From: Dehalococcoidia bacterium
Lineage (GTDB): Bacteria > Chloroflexota > Dehalococcoidia > Lucifugimonadales > UBA2985
Assembly (NCBI GenBank): GCA_965263185.1
Contig: OZ253588.1
Location: 1,863,369-1,927,368 of the forward strand
Reading direction: 5' to 3'
DNA: 64,000 nucleotides
Part shown: positions 29,658-39,382 of the stretch, piece by piece
Layout: each line of letters starts with the position of its first letter
Numbering within the stretch: position 1 is the stretch's first letter
Made by a program: the position numbers and the translations under genes
Notes under the pieces: model-generated
Told to the model about the DNA's origin: nothing
Seen by the model: only the letters and a program-made list of their open reading frames with translations
Databases searched by the model: none

Positions 29658-32600
29658 TCTTTGGATCCCTTGTATCGTGCCCGCTCTTCCGCAATTCTCA
29701 TGGGCTTAGTCATGGCATCCACTTCCAGCCAGTAGTGCTGCACCTTGCTGACCTCATGCCAGGGGAAGCGGGCCGGATCCTCGATTGGCTCCTGTAGCTG
29801 CGGGTCGGCAGCGCAGTTGGTGACAACGTAGAGCCAGTAGCAGTCGCGGCGGTCCTCAGCCACGCGCCGCTCGTTGGGCGACAGCAGGATGGTGCCGGAC
29901 TCGGCGGCGAGGCCCTTCACCTCTATCAGGCGCAACTGACCCGACTCTACGTCGAGGCTGGTGACGTCGTAGCCCAGGTTCTTCTCGTGAACGTCGTACA
30001 CCTGGCGGCCCTGGGCGGTCTCGTACTCCATCACCACCCGCATGGCGGTCATCTCGGTCTCGGCGTTCGGACGCAGGCGCTTTATTTCGGGAGTCTCGCG
30101 CTCCGGATGGGGCATGACCAGGACGCTGGCCAGTCGTTCGACACCCTGAAGTGTGAGCGCTCTCTGCTGGGTGAGTTCACGCCGCCGCCGCTCCCGGCGC
30201 GCCATAGCCTCGTCGTGACGGGCTTCGGCCTGGGCCAAGCGGCCCTCTGCGCCTGTGACCTGCTTCTCCATCTCCTCAGAGGCGCGGCCTATTTCCTGGT
30301 CGAAGCGATTCAGCACCTCCTCGAGCGACATTTCGACATGATCGGCGATTCGGTCCACCTCTGCCACCCGCTCGGCGCGCACATCTTCGATGAAGGGAGT
30401 GAGCGCGTGCTCGTTCAGCCAATCGGTAGCCTCCACAAGCGAGGCCACGGTGGGAAGGCCCTCCGGAACGGCAGCCGGAGTCAGGTTGCCGAGTATCTCC
30501 GGTTCCCGGAGGCATGGCGCACTGCCGTCCGCTAGTTCCACGGTGAAGAGCCGCTCGTGGATCACATGCCCTAGGCCATCGACGACCCGCGCCCGGTAGA
30601 AATCGAGACGCGCTGGGGTCTCGTGGTCAAGAGAGTACAAACAAGCGCCGGCAGCAAAAGCGTCCCTGCTGGTTTCGACGCAGTGACGACGGAGAGCCTC
30701 GAAGAGTGGATGTCCGGGCGTGACCCATTCCAGGTTGTGCTCCTCCGCTGTGTCCCGATCCGTGGATAGGCGTGGATAGCGGGACACCAACTCGGTAAGA
30801 CTCCAGTCGGGATCGCGCTCATACTTCTTCAAGGCAGTCGGCGTCCGGCCCGGCTCGAAGGTGTGGGGCAAGTGGCGCACCGGGTTGAGGGTGAGGGATG
30901 CCTGCTCAGCGCTCTCCGATAGAAAGCGGGCTATGGATTCCGGCACCACCCGGCGCTCCTGGGCGCGGGCGCGGCGTTCGACCAGCATTTCCAGGTTGAG
31001 CTTTTTGGCGGCCAGACCTTCCAGCGCCGTCTGACAGATTTCACGGAAACGGCCCTCGTCAACATCCCTCAGCAGACGGTCTTCCAGGTCGGCGTCGCCC
31101 AGCTTGCCAGAGTAGTAGTCACGAAATACGCGGTCCACTTGGGCAGCAGGCAAGACCTCGCCAACCACGTTGAACACGCCGTCATCGTCGAGGGCGTCCC
31201 TGATTTCCTGAAGCTTGGTCAGGAGGCGTTGGAGCACGTGCCCTTCGATAGTGTTGGCAGCGACGAAGTTGAAGATGAGGCAGTCGAAGCGCTGGCCATA
31301 GCGGTGGATGCGCCCCATGCGCTGCTCCAGTCGGTTCGGGTTCCAGGGGATATCGTAGTTAAAGAGAATGTGGCAGCACTGGAGGTTGATTCCCTCTCCT
31401 GCCGCTTCGGTCGCCACCAAGACCTGGATGTTCCCGTCGCGGAACTGCTGTTCAGTGTAGAGACGGGAGCCCACCTCATCCCTTGAACCGGACCTCATGC
31501 CGCCGTGGATAGAGCCTACCCGGAAGCCCCAGGCCTTCAGCCTCTCCACGAGATAGTCCAGGGTATCCCTGAACTCAGTGAATATCAGCAGCCGTTGGTC
31601 CGGGTCTTCGAAGAACCCTTGCTCTTGCATGATGTCCTTGAGTCTGCTGAGCTTAGCCTCCTCACCCGATGCCTCGACAGTGGTTGCTTGGGCCGCAAGC
31701 TCCTTGAGCTCGGCGATCTCCTTGCGGACTTCGTCGGAGTTCCCTGCAAGCGTGACCGCCTCCAGCATCCGCTCCAGACGTTCGCGCTCGGTGTCCTCAA
31801 GCTCTTCCAGGTCCTCCCAGTCGGGAAGGCTCGGCGGCGCAGTCCGCGCCAAGTCTTGGGCCTGCTTTAGTCCCTCTTCCAGGCGATTGGCCCGGTTCTC
31901 AAGCGAGCGGCGCATCGCATGGGCGCTGGAGGCTAACCGTCGCTGGTACAAGGACATGAGGAAGCCGACGGCGCGAGCCCTGGGGTCGTCGCCCTGGGCC
32001 GCAGCGCGGGTGCTCTGCCGTTTCACGAACCGAGTAACCGCTTGGTACAACTCGAACTCGGCGTCGTCCATGGTGAAGCTGACCGTGTGTGTGATTCGCT
32101 TTGTGAACACGGGCTTGGCGGCCCAAGCGCCGTCTGGCTGGCGCTCAGGGAAGTAGACCATCGCCTCTTTCGTGCGGCGAAGGTAAAAGGGCGCTCGCCG
32201 CCGCTCCATTGCCTCCCTAATGGACTTTACGTCGGCATAGGCGTCTCGATCCAGCAGTTGTAGGAACAGCGTGAAGTTATGAGGGTCGCCCTTGTGAGGT
32301 GTAGCGGTGAGCAGCAGCATGTTGTCAGCGCTGTCCCGGAGCAGCTCACCCAGCCTGTAACGCTGGCTCTTGTGCGTCTCGTCCCGCGCCGACATGCGAT
32401 GGGCCTCGTCGACAATCACCAGGTCCCAACGCACCTGCCGTAGACCGGGAAGAATATCTTCGCGCTTGGCGAGGTCGAGGGACGTGATGGTCTGCTTCTG
32501 GTCGAGCCACTGGTTGACGCCGAACTGGTCTCGGATGTCGCCGCCCTTCAGGACGAAGAACCGCTCGTCGAACTTTTCTCTTAGCTCCCGCTGCCACTGG

Positions 32601-33091
32601 AAGGTCAGGTTCGCCGGGCACACAACAAGGACTCGCTCGGCCAGCCCCCGCAACTTGAGCTCGCGGATAAGCAGACCGGCCATGATGGTCTTACCGGCCC
32701 CAGCGTCATCTGCCAGCAGGAACCGTACGCTGGGGAGCTTAAGGAGATAGTCGTAGACGGCCTCAAGCTGGTGGGGTAGGGGATCCACCCGCGAGATGGA
32801 CAACCCGAAGTAGGGGTCGAACTCGTGGGCGATGCCGAGGGAATACGCCTGGAGGCCAAGGCGCAGGAGCCGTCCGTCGCTATTGTATGAAAGGGTGGGG
32901 TCGGCGATAACGAGGCTCGCGATGTCGGCTGAGGTCAGCGTAACACGCCGGAATCGCTCGGTGCGCTGCCCGACAAGGCCCGCCTCCACGGAACCCGGAC
33001 CGTTCGTGCGTACAGTCTCCACCCGCATCGGCTCGCTGAACAGCGGCCCAGTTAGCACCTGCCCTTCACAGATCGCGGTATCGATGGTCAA
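29654..33091 (-). CDS. SNF2-family helicase with C-terminal DUF3883-like nuclease domain
   Basis: LADDAGAGKT, VDEAH, TATPH, TEAAGEGINLQ, EQRMGRIHRYGQ; GYDVTS..IEVKG tail; TTG start with GGAGG RBS. Confidence 0.92.
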   Translation of the reverse strand: MTIDTAICEGQVLTGPLFSEPMRVETVRTNGPGSVEAGLVGQRTERFRRVTLTSADIASLVIADPTLSYNSDGRLLRLGLQAYSLGIAHEFDPYFGLSISRVDPLPHQLEAVYDYLLKLPSVRFLLADDAGAGKTIMAGLLIRELKLRGLAERVLVVCPANLTFQWQRELREKFDERFFVLKGGDIRDQFGVNQWLDQKQTITSLDLAKREDILPGLRQVRWDLVIVDEAHRMSARDETHKSQRYRLGELLRDSADNMLLLTATPHKGDPHNFTLFLQLLDRDAYADVKSIREAMERRRAPFYLRRTKEAMVYFPERQPDGAWAAKPVFTKRITHTVSFTMDDAEFELYQAVTRFVKRQSTRAAAQGDDPRARAVGFLMSLYQRRLASSAHAMRRSLENRANRLEEGLKQAQDLARTAPPSLPDWEDLEELEDTERERLERMLEAVTLAGNSDEVRKEIAELKELAAQATTVEASGEEAKLSRLKDIMQEQGFFEDPDQRLLIFTEFRDTLDYLVERLKAWGFRVGSIHGGMRSGSRDEVGSRLYTEQQFRDGNIQVLVATEAAGEGINLQCCHILFNYDIPWNPNRLEQRMGRIHRYGQRFDCLIFNFVAANTIEGHVLQRLLTKLQEIRDALDDDGVFNVVGEVLPAAQVDRVFRDYYSGKLGDADLEDRLLRDVDEGRFREICQTALEGLAAKKLNLEMLVERRARAQERRVVPESIARFLSESAEQASLTLNPVRHLPHTFEPGRTPTALKKYERDPDWSLTELVSRYPRLSTDRDTAEEHNLEWVTPGHPLFEALRRHCVETSRDAFAAGACLYSLDHETPARLDFYRARVVDGLGHVIHERLFTVELADGSAPCLREPEILGNLTPAAVPEGLPTVASLVEATDWLNEHALTPFIEDVRAERVAEVDRIADHVEMSLEEVLNRFDQEIGRASEEMEKQVTGAEGRLAQAEARHDEAMARRERRRRELTQQRALTLQGVERLASVLVMPHPERETPEIKRLRPNAETEMTAMRVVMEYETAQGRQVYDVHEKNLGYDVTSLDVESGQLRLIEVKGLAAESGTILLSPNERRVAEDRRDCYWLYVVTNCAADPQLQEPIEDPARFPWHEVSKVQHYWLEVDAMTKPMRIAEERARYKGSKE

Positions 33092-33094
33092 CCG

Positions 33095-33725
33095 CTATGT
33101 CCTCCCTATCTGGTTCATCGAGATCCTGCGTTCACCATCGACAACCAGTGCGCTCGTGGGTTCCGCGATCCAATTGGGCATAATTGCCCGCAACGCGGCC
33201 AACTCCTCAAGGTCCTCGGATGAGAGTTTGCGCCCAATCACATCCAAGCTCGCCTCCACTTCGTCAGGCCCCAGCCACGACAGCGCACGAACCGCCTCAC
33301 CTGCGGTCGGTACGGTGCCGCCAGTTGCCAACGGGGGGCATGGCGCAAGCCCACCGTCAACTCGCCGAGCGTCAGCTTGCGATTGGGTCCGGAGGTCAGG
33401 TAAACCGACTGCACCGGCATCTGGGTGGTAAGTCCGAGGGCGTTCGCCGCAGCACCGCCACAAGGCACTATTGTCTCGCCCCATAGCGCCGACAGCGACG
33501 CGATCACCTTCTCGACGGCAGGCGGGCGAAGACCGAAACGGGTCTCCACGGGGCATACGTAGATGCCGTGGCAAACCCGCATCAAACTTCCTTTTTGGGC
33601 AAGACGGGACAACGCCTGGTCGATTGCTGCCTGGTTCCCAGGTGCAGCAGTACCTTCGGATGCAGCAGTGCGCCTTCGGGTAGTGTAGCGGCGTAGGCCA
33701 TGATCTGTTCCGGCGAACTCGGCAT
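33095..33725 (-). pseudogene. DUF6088 / AbiEi-like type IV antitoxin with two frameshifts (~33640, ~33310)
   Basis: Reassembled: MPSSPEQIMAYAATLPEG..LLHLGTR/AAIDQALSRL..GIYV..AANALGLTTQMP..RHAPRWQL/AGEAVRALSWLGP. Confidence 0.75.
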
Positions 33726-33790
33726 CGGCACAACTCCCCTTGAATGTCAGAATTGTAGCATCTACACTAACACTTATCAACGACGCCAAA

Positions 33791-34260
33791 TGTAGGTTGT
33801 CATCGATAATGGGACAACTCCGCCACCAGTTGCTTGAGTTCTACGTTCTCTCGCCTCAGCCCCTGAACCTCCTGCTGCGTGGCGTCCCGCACCATGTCGC
33901 GGGTCAACCTCTCCCTCCCAGCCTCCATGAACTCCTTCGTCCACGCATAGTAGGAGTGGGGCTTGATCCCCTCACGCCGGCACAGGTCACTCACTGTGAC
34001 CTCCCGGTGGAATCCCTCCAACACGATGCGGATCTTCTCCTCCGACGTGTACTTGCGCCGACTGGCAGCCTTCATCGTCCGCACGAAGGACCTGGTCTCC
34101 TCTGTCCGCTCCTCTGCGTGCACCGCCTTGGCTGTCTCTGTCTGGGACATTGTTGCTCCTCTCTATGAAGTACTCTACCTCATCCAGGGAGCTCACCCAA
34201 CCTCAACTCTCTCGGGTTTTTCTGCCCGTTCCAGTGTCCCATTGTCGCTGACAACCTACA
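33791..34260 (-). mobile_element. 470-bp IS3-B derivative bounded by two left-type IRs, containing truncated orfA (33800-34150)
   Basis: TGTAGGTTGTCATCGATAATGGGACA at 33791 and its inverse ending at 34260. Confidence 0.82.
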
Positions 34261-34831
34261 GATCCGTAGAAAGGGGTTTCCAGGTACTGGCGGTCCATCT
34301 CCCTCATCAGGGACAGGCCCTGCTGCGAGGTCTCCTTGGGACGGTAGTAGAGGCTGGAGCGACCGATCCCCAGCAACGCACACTGCTGCACTATGGACAG
34401 GGTCTGATGTTGCCGGTCCACCAGCTCACGCCGCTTTGCTGGGCTCATGGACCGGACCTTTCCTCCAAGAAATCCCGCTCCACCTTGAGCTGGCCGATCT
34501 GCTGGTACAGCCGGGCCACCAGGGCGTCGTTGTTCTTCTGCTCCTTGCCCTTATTGGTCCCGTTGCCGTGGTCGAAGATGGCGGCCGCGCCGTCGGCCAG
34601 GGCCTTCTTCCAAGTCTGAATCTGGTTGGGGTGGACCTCGAACCGGGCGGCCACTTCGGCCACCGTCCGCTCGCCCTTCATTGCCTCCAGTGCAACTTTG
34701 GCCTTGAAGGCCGGGCTGTGCTTCCTTCGCTCTCTGGTCATTTCCCGCTCCTCCTCGACAGCATTAGCTGTCATTAGTTTAGGAGCAGGATTCCCACTTA
34801 GCTACCTGTCCAGTTTCCTGGGTCCACCTCA
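34261..34831 (-). mobile_element. 5' part of IS3-A (orfA 34445-34774; orfB truncated)
   Basis: Near-identical to 15271-15840; cut at the IS3-B IR. Confidence 0.88.
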
Positions 34832-34850
34832 ACAGCTATGGCGCCACAAG

Positions 34851-34930
34851 TGTAGGCCGTCAGCGATAGTGGGACACTCCTCGACCCGACAGATCAGGGG
34901 TTGTCTTGAGGTGTGGCGAGCTTCCTGAGG
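34851..34930 (+). mobile_element. Orphan degenerate IS3-B left end
   Basis: TGTAGGCCGTCAGCGATAGTGGGACAC..TTGAGGTGTGGCGAGCTTCC. Confidence 0.65.
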
Positions 34931-35074
34931 GCCCTGTCGTAGGGATTTCTCTGTTGGATCGGCCAAGCCTGAACCTCTTTGCATCTCGGTGTTGGCTCAG
35001 GTGGGTTCTTGCTGTAACCTGGGCACTCCTAATTGCTACAATGGCATTGCAAGCTCGAATGTGGTTCTGTCTAC

Positions 35075-35144
35075 CGTCAAAATAGGCCCACCCAACTGGA
35101 CGAAATCAAGAACCTTCGTGTTGCGGTTCAAGTTGGCACTATAG
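35075..35144 (+). other. attP-like dyad with recombinase-type tail (VLSTVKIGPPNWTKSRTFVLRFKLAL*)
   Basis: Homologous to 8898-8967, with the same inverted symmetry around CC at 35088-35089. Confidence 0.6.
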
Positions 35145-35320
35145 GGTCCGCTCGTTCACCACATATCACGGTACTGCCCGGCTATGTGATTTTGGACCAG
35201 ACCGCAAATACATTTGCCGAGAGTTCGTTTCTCGCGGGCCTCCGGGTCTGCTACCTTGATGTCCTCGGCGACTGCGGTCCAGCCCGTGGTTGACGGTGAC
35301 AGTTCGAGCTGTGCCCCTTC

Positions 35321-36010
35321 CTATTCCAGCTCCAACCCAAGGTGTTCCCGAAAGGCCCTGGCGCCTTCCGGCGTTACCTGCACCAAACGCGGGCCGGAGC
35401 CGGGCCGCAGCCATTCCATTGCCAAGTAGTGCTGTGTGAGCACTGCTCCGAGAGCGCCGCCTAGGTGATCCCGCTTATCCGTCCAGTCTAGGCAGCGCCG
35501 AGCGAAAATCCTTCGCTGGCGCCTTACCGCCTCCAAGTCGATGCCCAGCCTGAAGCAGAATACATGCCCCTCTTCGGAGAGCAGAAACCCCTTCTCGTGG
35601 GGAGTCAAGTAGCCATGGGAGACCATTACGCGAGCCAGCGACGACCCAAGGCGCCCCGCCAGATGGTCGTAGCAGGTTCTGGCGAGCTCTATTTCCGTAA
35701 GGGAGCGCGTGGGCGGCTTATTTTGGCTCGGGAGCAACTCGTACATGATTTCCAGCACGTCCGAGATTTGCGGCTCGGAAATCCGGTAGAACCGGTGCCG
35801 CCCGCTCCGCTCGAAACTCACGAGACCCGCTTCCACCAGTCTGCCGAGGTGCGTGCTGGCTGTGTTGAATGCCACGCGGGAGATGATTCCCAGTTCCGTG
35901 GCCGAGCGAGGCTGGCCGTCCAGCAACACCTCCAGCATCCGTCTTCTGGGTGGAGAGGCCAGAAGAGTGGCTAGTCCCTCGATTGACTCGATTGATCTAG
36001 CTGCATCCAT
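35321..36010 (-). CDS. ArsR/SmtB-family transcriptional regulator with C-terminal extension
   Basis: LASPPRRRMLEVLLDG..STHLGRLVEAGLV..GRHRFYR; ARTCYDHLAGRLG. Confidence 0.88.
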   Translation of the reverse strand: MDAARSIESIEGLATLLASPPRRRMLEVLLDGQPRSATELGIISRVAFNTASTHLGRLVEAGLVSFERSGRHRFYRISEPQISDVLEIMYELLPSQNKPPTRSLTEIELARTCYDHLAGRLGSSLARVMVSHGYLTPHEKGFLLSEEGHVFCFRLGIDLEAVRRQRRIFARRCLDWTDKRDHLGGALGAVLTQHYLAMEWLRPGSGPRLVQVTPEGARAFREHLGLELE

Positions 36011-36085
36011 ATTTCGATGTTACTGGAAGCATTGAATACTGTAAACCCCTACAATCGCCTCACCCTTGTATAGAGAGGTGGAAAC

Positions 36086-37333
36086 ATGCAAGATACCCCG
36101 AACGCCCCGCGCCGTCCTATACTCATCATTTTTGCGAACGTGTCCTATCGGTGGTTGTTTTCCGCCGGCGTTGTGGTGAACGTCGGTGTATGGGCGTGGC
36201 TCCTCTCTAGCAACTTCATCATATACGAGATAACCCAGTCGCCTTTCCTGGCGCAGCTCAACGGTGTCGCCTTTGCCGTGCCGAACCTGCTCATTGGCAT
36301 CCTCAGTGGCGTACTTGCCGACAGCTTCGACCGACGCAGGCTGCTTCAGGTGTCCTACCTCCTAAACGGCGCCGTCGCCCTGTTCTTCGCCTGGATGGTC
36401 CTGAAGTTCCACGTCGAGGCATGGCAGGTGATGGGAGCCACACTGATCATAGGCTCTGTGAACACCCTGGATTGGGCTTCCCGGTGGACTCTGGCTTCGA
36501 ACGTAGTTGAGAGGCGGGTTCTCCCGTATACGATGGCCTTGGAAGCGTCTTCGCTGATGGGTGGGCAGTTCGCGGGGCCATGGTTGGGAGGGGCTCTTGT
36601 GGGCATTGCACCCCTAGGGCAGGTTGGAGTCGCTGTCCCTCTTGCGGTTATTGGAGCCCTGTTCCTGGCGGGGACTCTTTTGATGCTGAGGGTCACGCCC
36701 CTGGTTCCGCAGGAATTCAAAGCATTCGAGGTACGGACGGTATGGGCCAGAACCGTTGAGGGACTTCGCGTGGTTGCGGGAAATCGCGTGGTTATAGGAA
36801 CACTTGGCATAGCCTTCTTGGTCAACGCATTTTTCTATTCCCATACGTCATTGATTCCAGCCTTCGCCAAGGACGTCTTGCGAGTGGGCCCGGCGCCCAT
36901 GGGCCTTCTGGGAGGAGCGCAGGGGATGGGAGCACTGGTGGGGGCCACGTACATCGCCCTGCAGAGCGACATCCGCCGGAACTCAACCTATTTCATCGTG
37001 GGTTCCCTAATGACGTTGATCGGCCTGCTGGCGTTCTCCATCTCACGGTTTTTTCCCATCGCACTGGGGAGCCTGTTTTTTGCCGGCCTTGGCCTTGGGG
37101 GGTTCTCCTCGATGCTCACAACGCTGACGCTCACCTCCGTCAGCGATGAGATGCGCGGCCGCGCCAGCGGCATGGTAAACCTCGCGATTGGCGGATGGCC
37201 CCTGGGTTTGCTGGTAGTAGGAGTATTGGCAGAGCTGAGGGGGCCGAGCTTAGCCCTGATCTGCACCTCCGCGACAGGCCTGGCAGTAACGGCTCTATGG
37301 TCGTATCGATGCAAGGAGATGCGTAAAGTGTAA
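36086..37333 (+). CDS. MFS transporter
   Basis: About 12 TM segments; GVLADSFDRRRLL motif A; divergent from the ArsR gene. Confidence 0.9.
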   Translation: MQDTPNAPRRPILIIFANVSYRWLFSAGVVVNVGVWAWLLSSNFIIYEITQSPFLAQLNGVAFAVPNLLIGILSGVLADSFDRRRLLQVSYLLNGAVALFFAWMVLKFHVEAWQVMGATLIIGSVNTLDWASRWTLASNVVERRVLPYTMALEASSLMGGQFAGPWLGGALVGIAPLGQVGVAVPLAVIGALFLAGTLLMLRVTPLVPQEFKAFEVRTVWARTVEGLRVVAGNRVVIGTLGIAFLVNAFFYSHTSLIPAFAKDVLRVGPAPMGLLGGAQGMGALVGATYIALQSDIRRNSTYFIVGSLMTLIGLLAFSISRFFPIALGSLFFAGLGLGGFSSMLTTLTLTSVSDEMRGRASGMVNLAIGGWPLGLLVVGVLAELRGPSLALICTSATGLAVTALWSYRCKEMRKV

Positions 37334-37628
37334 TGGGCGGCTCGTGTGGTTCGAGCTCAAGGCCTACAATCTGAGAAAGGCTGCCAAATTGTCCATATAG
37401 CCCGACCCTCAGGATAGCCCAGCGAGATCACTCGGCTTGACAACGAAGGTGATGACCGAGATTACCTTACCCAAAATGCCCACAAGCTCATTTCTATCCC
37501 CGAGACCTCCCTCCGAAGAACTCGCCAAAGCTATCAAAGATCTCCTTACACAGGCAGAACGACGATCAAGAAAAGCGATTCTCGTACACGCTGCTAGGGC
37601 TAACCGCTCTGTCCGGGGACGCTGAGCT

Positions 37629-37680
37629 CCACCCAACTGGACGAAATCAAGAACCTTCGTCCTCAGATTCTATCTGGCAA
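37629..37680 (+). other. Hybrid att-like half site with recombinase-type tail
   Basis: TGAGCT-CC-ACCCAACTGGACGAAATCAAGAACCTTC. Confidence 0.55.
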
Positions 37681-37837
37681 ATAATCACCACCCGCCTGCT
37701 TAAGCGCGGGATGTGTAGATTGTTAGCGGACCATTGAGGAGGTTCATGCAAGCGACTGGATGCCGCCTGTGGCTATCGCCTTCGGGCGGCACGCTTCTTC
37801 CGATAGCTAAAGGCCAAGGTATGCTGGAAACGCCGCG

Positions 37838-37981
37838 CTAAGCAGCCTTACCGATTCGGAACATCCTTGTGGAGCAGACTGGGCATACACCCTGAGTGGC
37901 CGGGCGGCCGTTTTTCATCGTAATGGCCTGGGCGTTGCTCATCTCCCTCTTGGTCCGGCACTTCATACAGTATGCTTCCAA
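37838..37981 (-). CDS. DUF5679 small zinc-ribbon protein (47 aa, below ORF-track cutoff)
   Basis: TTG start after GGAGG; MEAYCMKCRTKREMSNAQAITMKNGRPATQGVCPVCSTRMFRIGKAA. Confidence 0.85.
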   Translation of the reverse strand: MEAYCMKCRTKREMSNAQAITMKNGRPATQGVCPVCSTRMFRIGKAA

Positions 37982-38127
37982 GGCGTTCCTCCAGATTTGT
38001 AGTAGTAAAGTCTATCCTACATTAAGAGCAGACGTAAGTCAGCAATTGGTCCTGGTATGGTGTAAGCAAGGTTAGTCCCTCATTTGCCGGTTATGACGTA
38101 GCCTCCCGACTGCGCGGCAAGAAGGAG

Positions 38128-39351
38128 TGGTCTTCACCCCGAAAGCTGGTCCAGGTGGAGTGTTAGTTTTGTGGGATGATTACACATGTGAGAGGAGGAT
38201 CATTCCATGAAGAGTTCCCGGTACACATCGGAGCAGATAGCCCTTGCCCTCAGGCAGGCTGAGGGTGGCACGCCGGTCCTGGAGGTGTGTGTCGGAAGAT
38301 GGGGGTTGCCGAGCAGACCTTCTACCGGTGGAAGAAGAAGTTCCTGGGTATGGGTGTGGCAGAGGTAAGACGGCTCAAGGTTCTGGAAGAGGAGAACCGA
38401 AAGCTGAAGCAGTTGGTGGCAGAGCTGAGTCTGGACAAGCAGATGCTCCAGGATGTGCTGCGAAAAAAGCCGTAGGGCCTGCGCAGTTGCGGGACCATGC
38501 TTGGTATCTTCGGGAAGCGTATGGGGTGAGCGAGCGTCGAGCGTGCCAGGCTCTCACCTTTGGACGCTCCACCTACAGATACGAAAGTGTGGCGGCTGAG
38601 CAGGCGGCTCTACGGATGAGGATCAGGGGTCTGGCTGCAGTGCGAGTGAGCTATGGGTACCGACGTATCCACGTGTTGTTGAAACGGGAGGGATGGCAGG
38701 TGAACCATAAGCGTGTTTACAGGCTCTACTGTTTGGAGGGGCTCCGGTGCGGCCCAAAAGGCCGAGACGCCACGTATCCAGCCGGCGGCGGGATTTCCGG
38801 ACCCAGGCATCAAGACCCGATGAGAGGTGGGCAATGGACTTCATGAGCGACGAGCTGTTCGATGGACGGCGGATTCATATGTTAACGATAGTGGACCACT
38901 TTACCCGTGAGAGTCTGGCTATCGAGGTAGATGGCAGCCTGCGAGGCCAGCGTGTGGTGGAGGCGCTGGCACGCCTGGCTCTGGGGGGCAGGAAGCCAAA
39001 GACCATATCCATAGACAACGGTCCAGAATTCACGTCCAAGCGTCTGGACCAGTGGGCGTACCTGAACGGTGTGGGTCTGGACTTCAGTCGGCCTGGCAAG
39101 CCTACAGACAACGCTATGATCGAGGCCTTCAACGCCAGGCTTAGGGCTGAATGCCTCAACGAAAGTTGGTTCTTGTCTTTGGAGGACGCTCGGGAGAAAA
39201 TAGAGGGGTGGCGCCGACACTACAACGGCGAACGTCCCCACAGCGCCCTGGGCAACCTCGCCCCGGAGGCCTTTGCCCTGGTGGCCACAGCAGGGGTTCA
39301 ATGACCCACGAAACTCACACTACAACTGGCACAAAGAATGGGGCAAGACCA
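38128..39351 (+). mobile_element. IS3-family (IS407-like) element IS3-C with frameshifted orfs
   Basis: IRs TGGTCTT..; orfA from 38207 with an extra GT at ~38287; A6G slip site at ~38463; orfB WAMDFMSD, DNGPEF, ESFN-like motif. Confidence 0.85.
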
Positions 39352-39382
39352 CCGCCCATCCGTGTCCTTCGGTGGATTCGGG
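39352..39382 (+). mobile_element. Isolated IS1380 right end
   Basis: CCGCCCATCCGTGTCCTTCGGTGGATTCGGG is identical to the ends at 42509 and 54859. Confidence 0.85.

Noticed and set aside
34915-34930. GAGCTTCC-TGAGGG as another CC att junction
   Set aside because: Better explained by a 5-bp deletion of CTGGA in a degenerate IS3-B leader.
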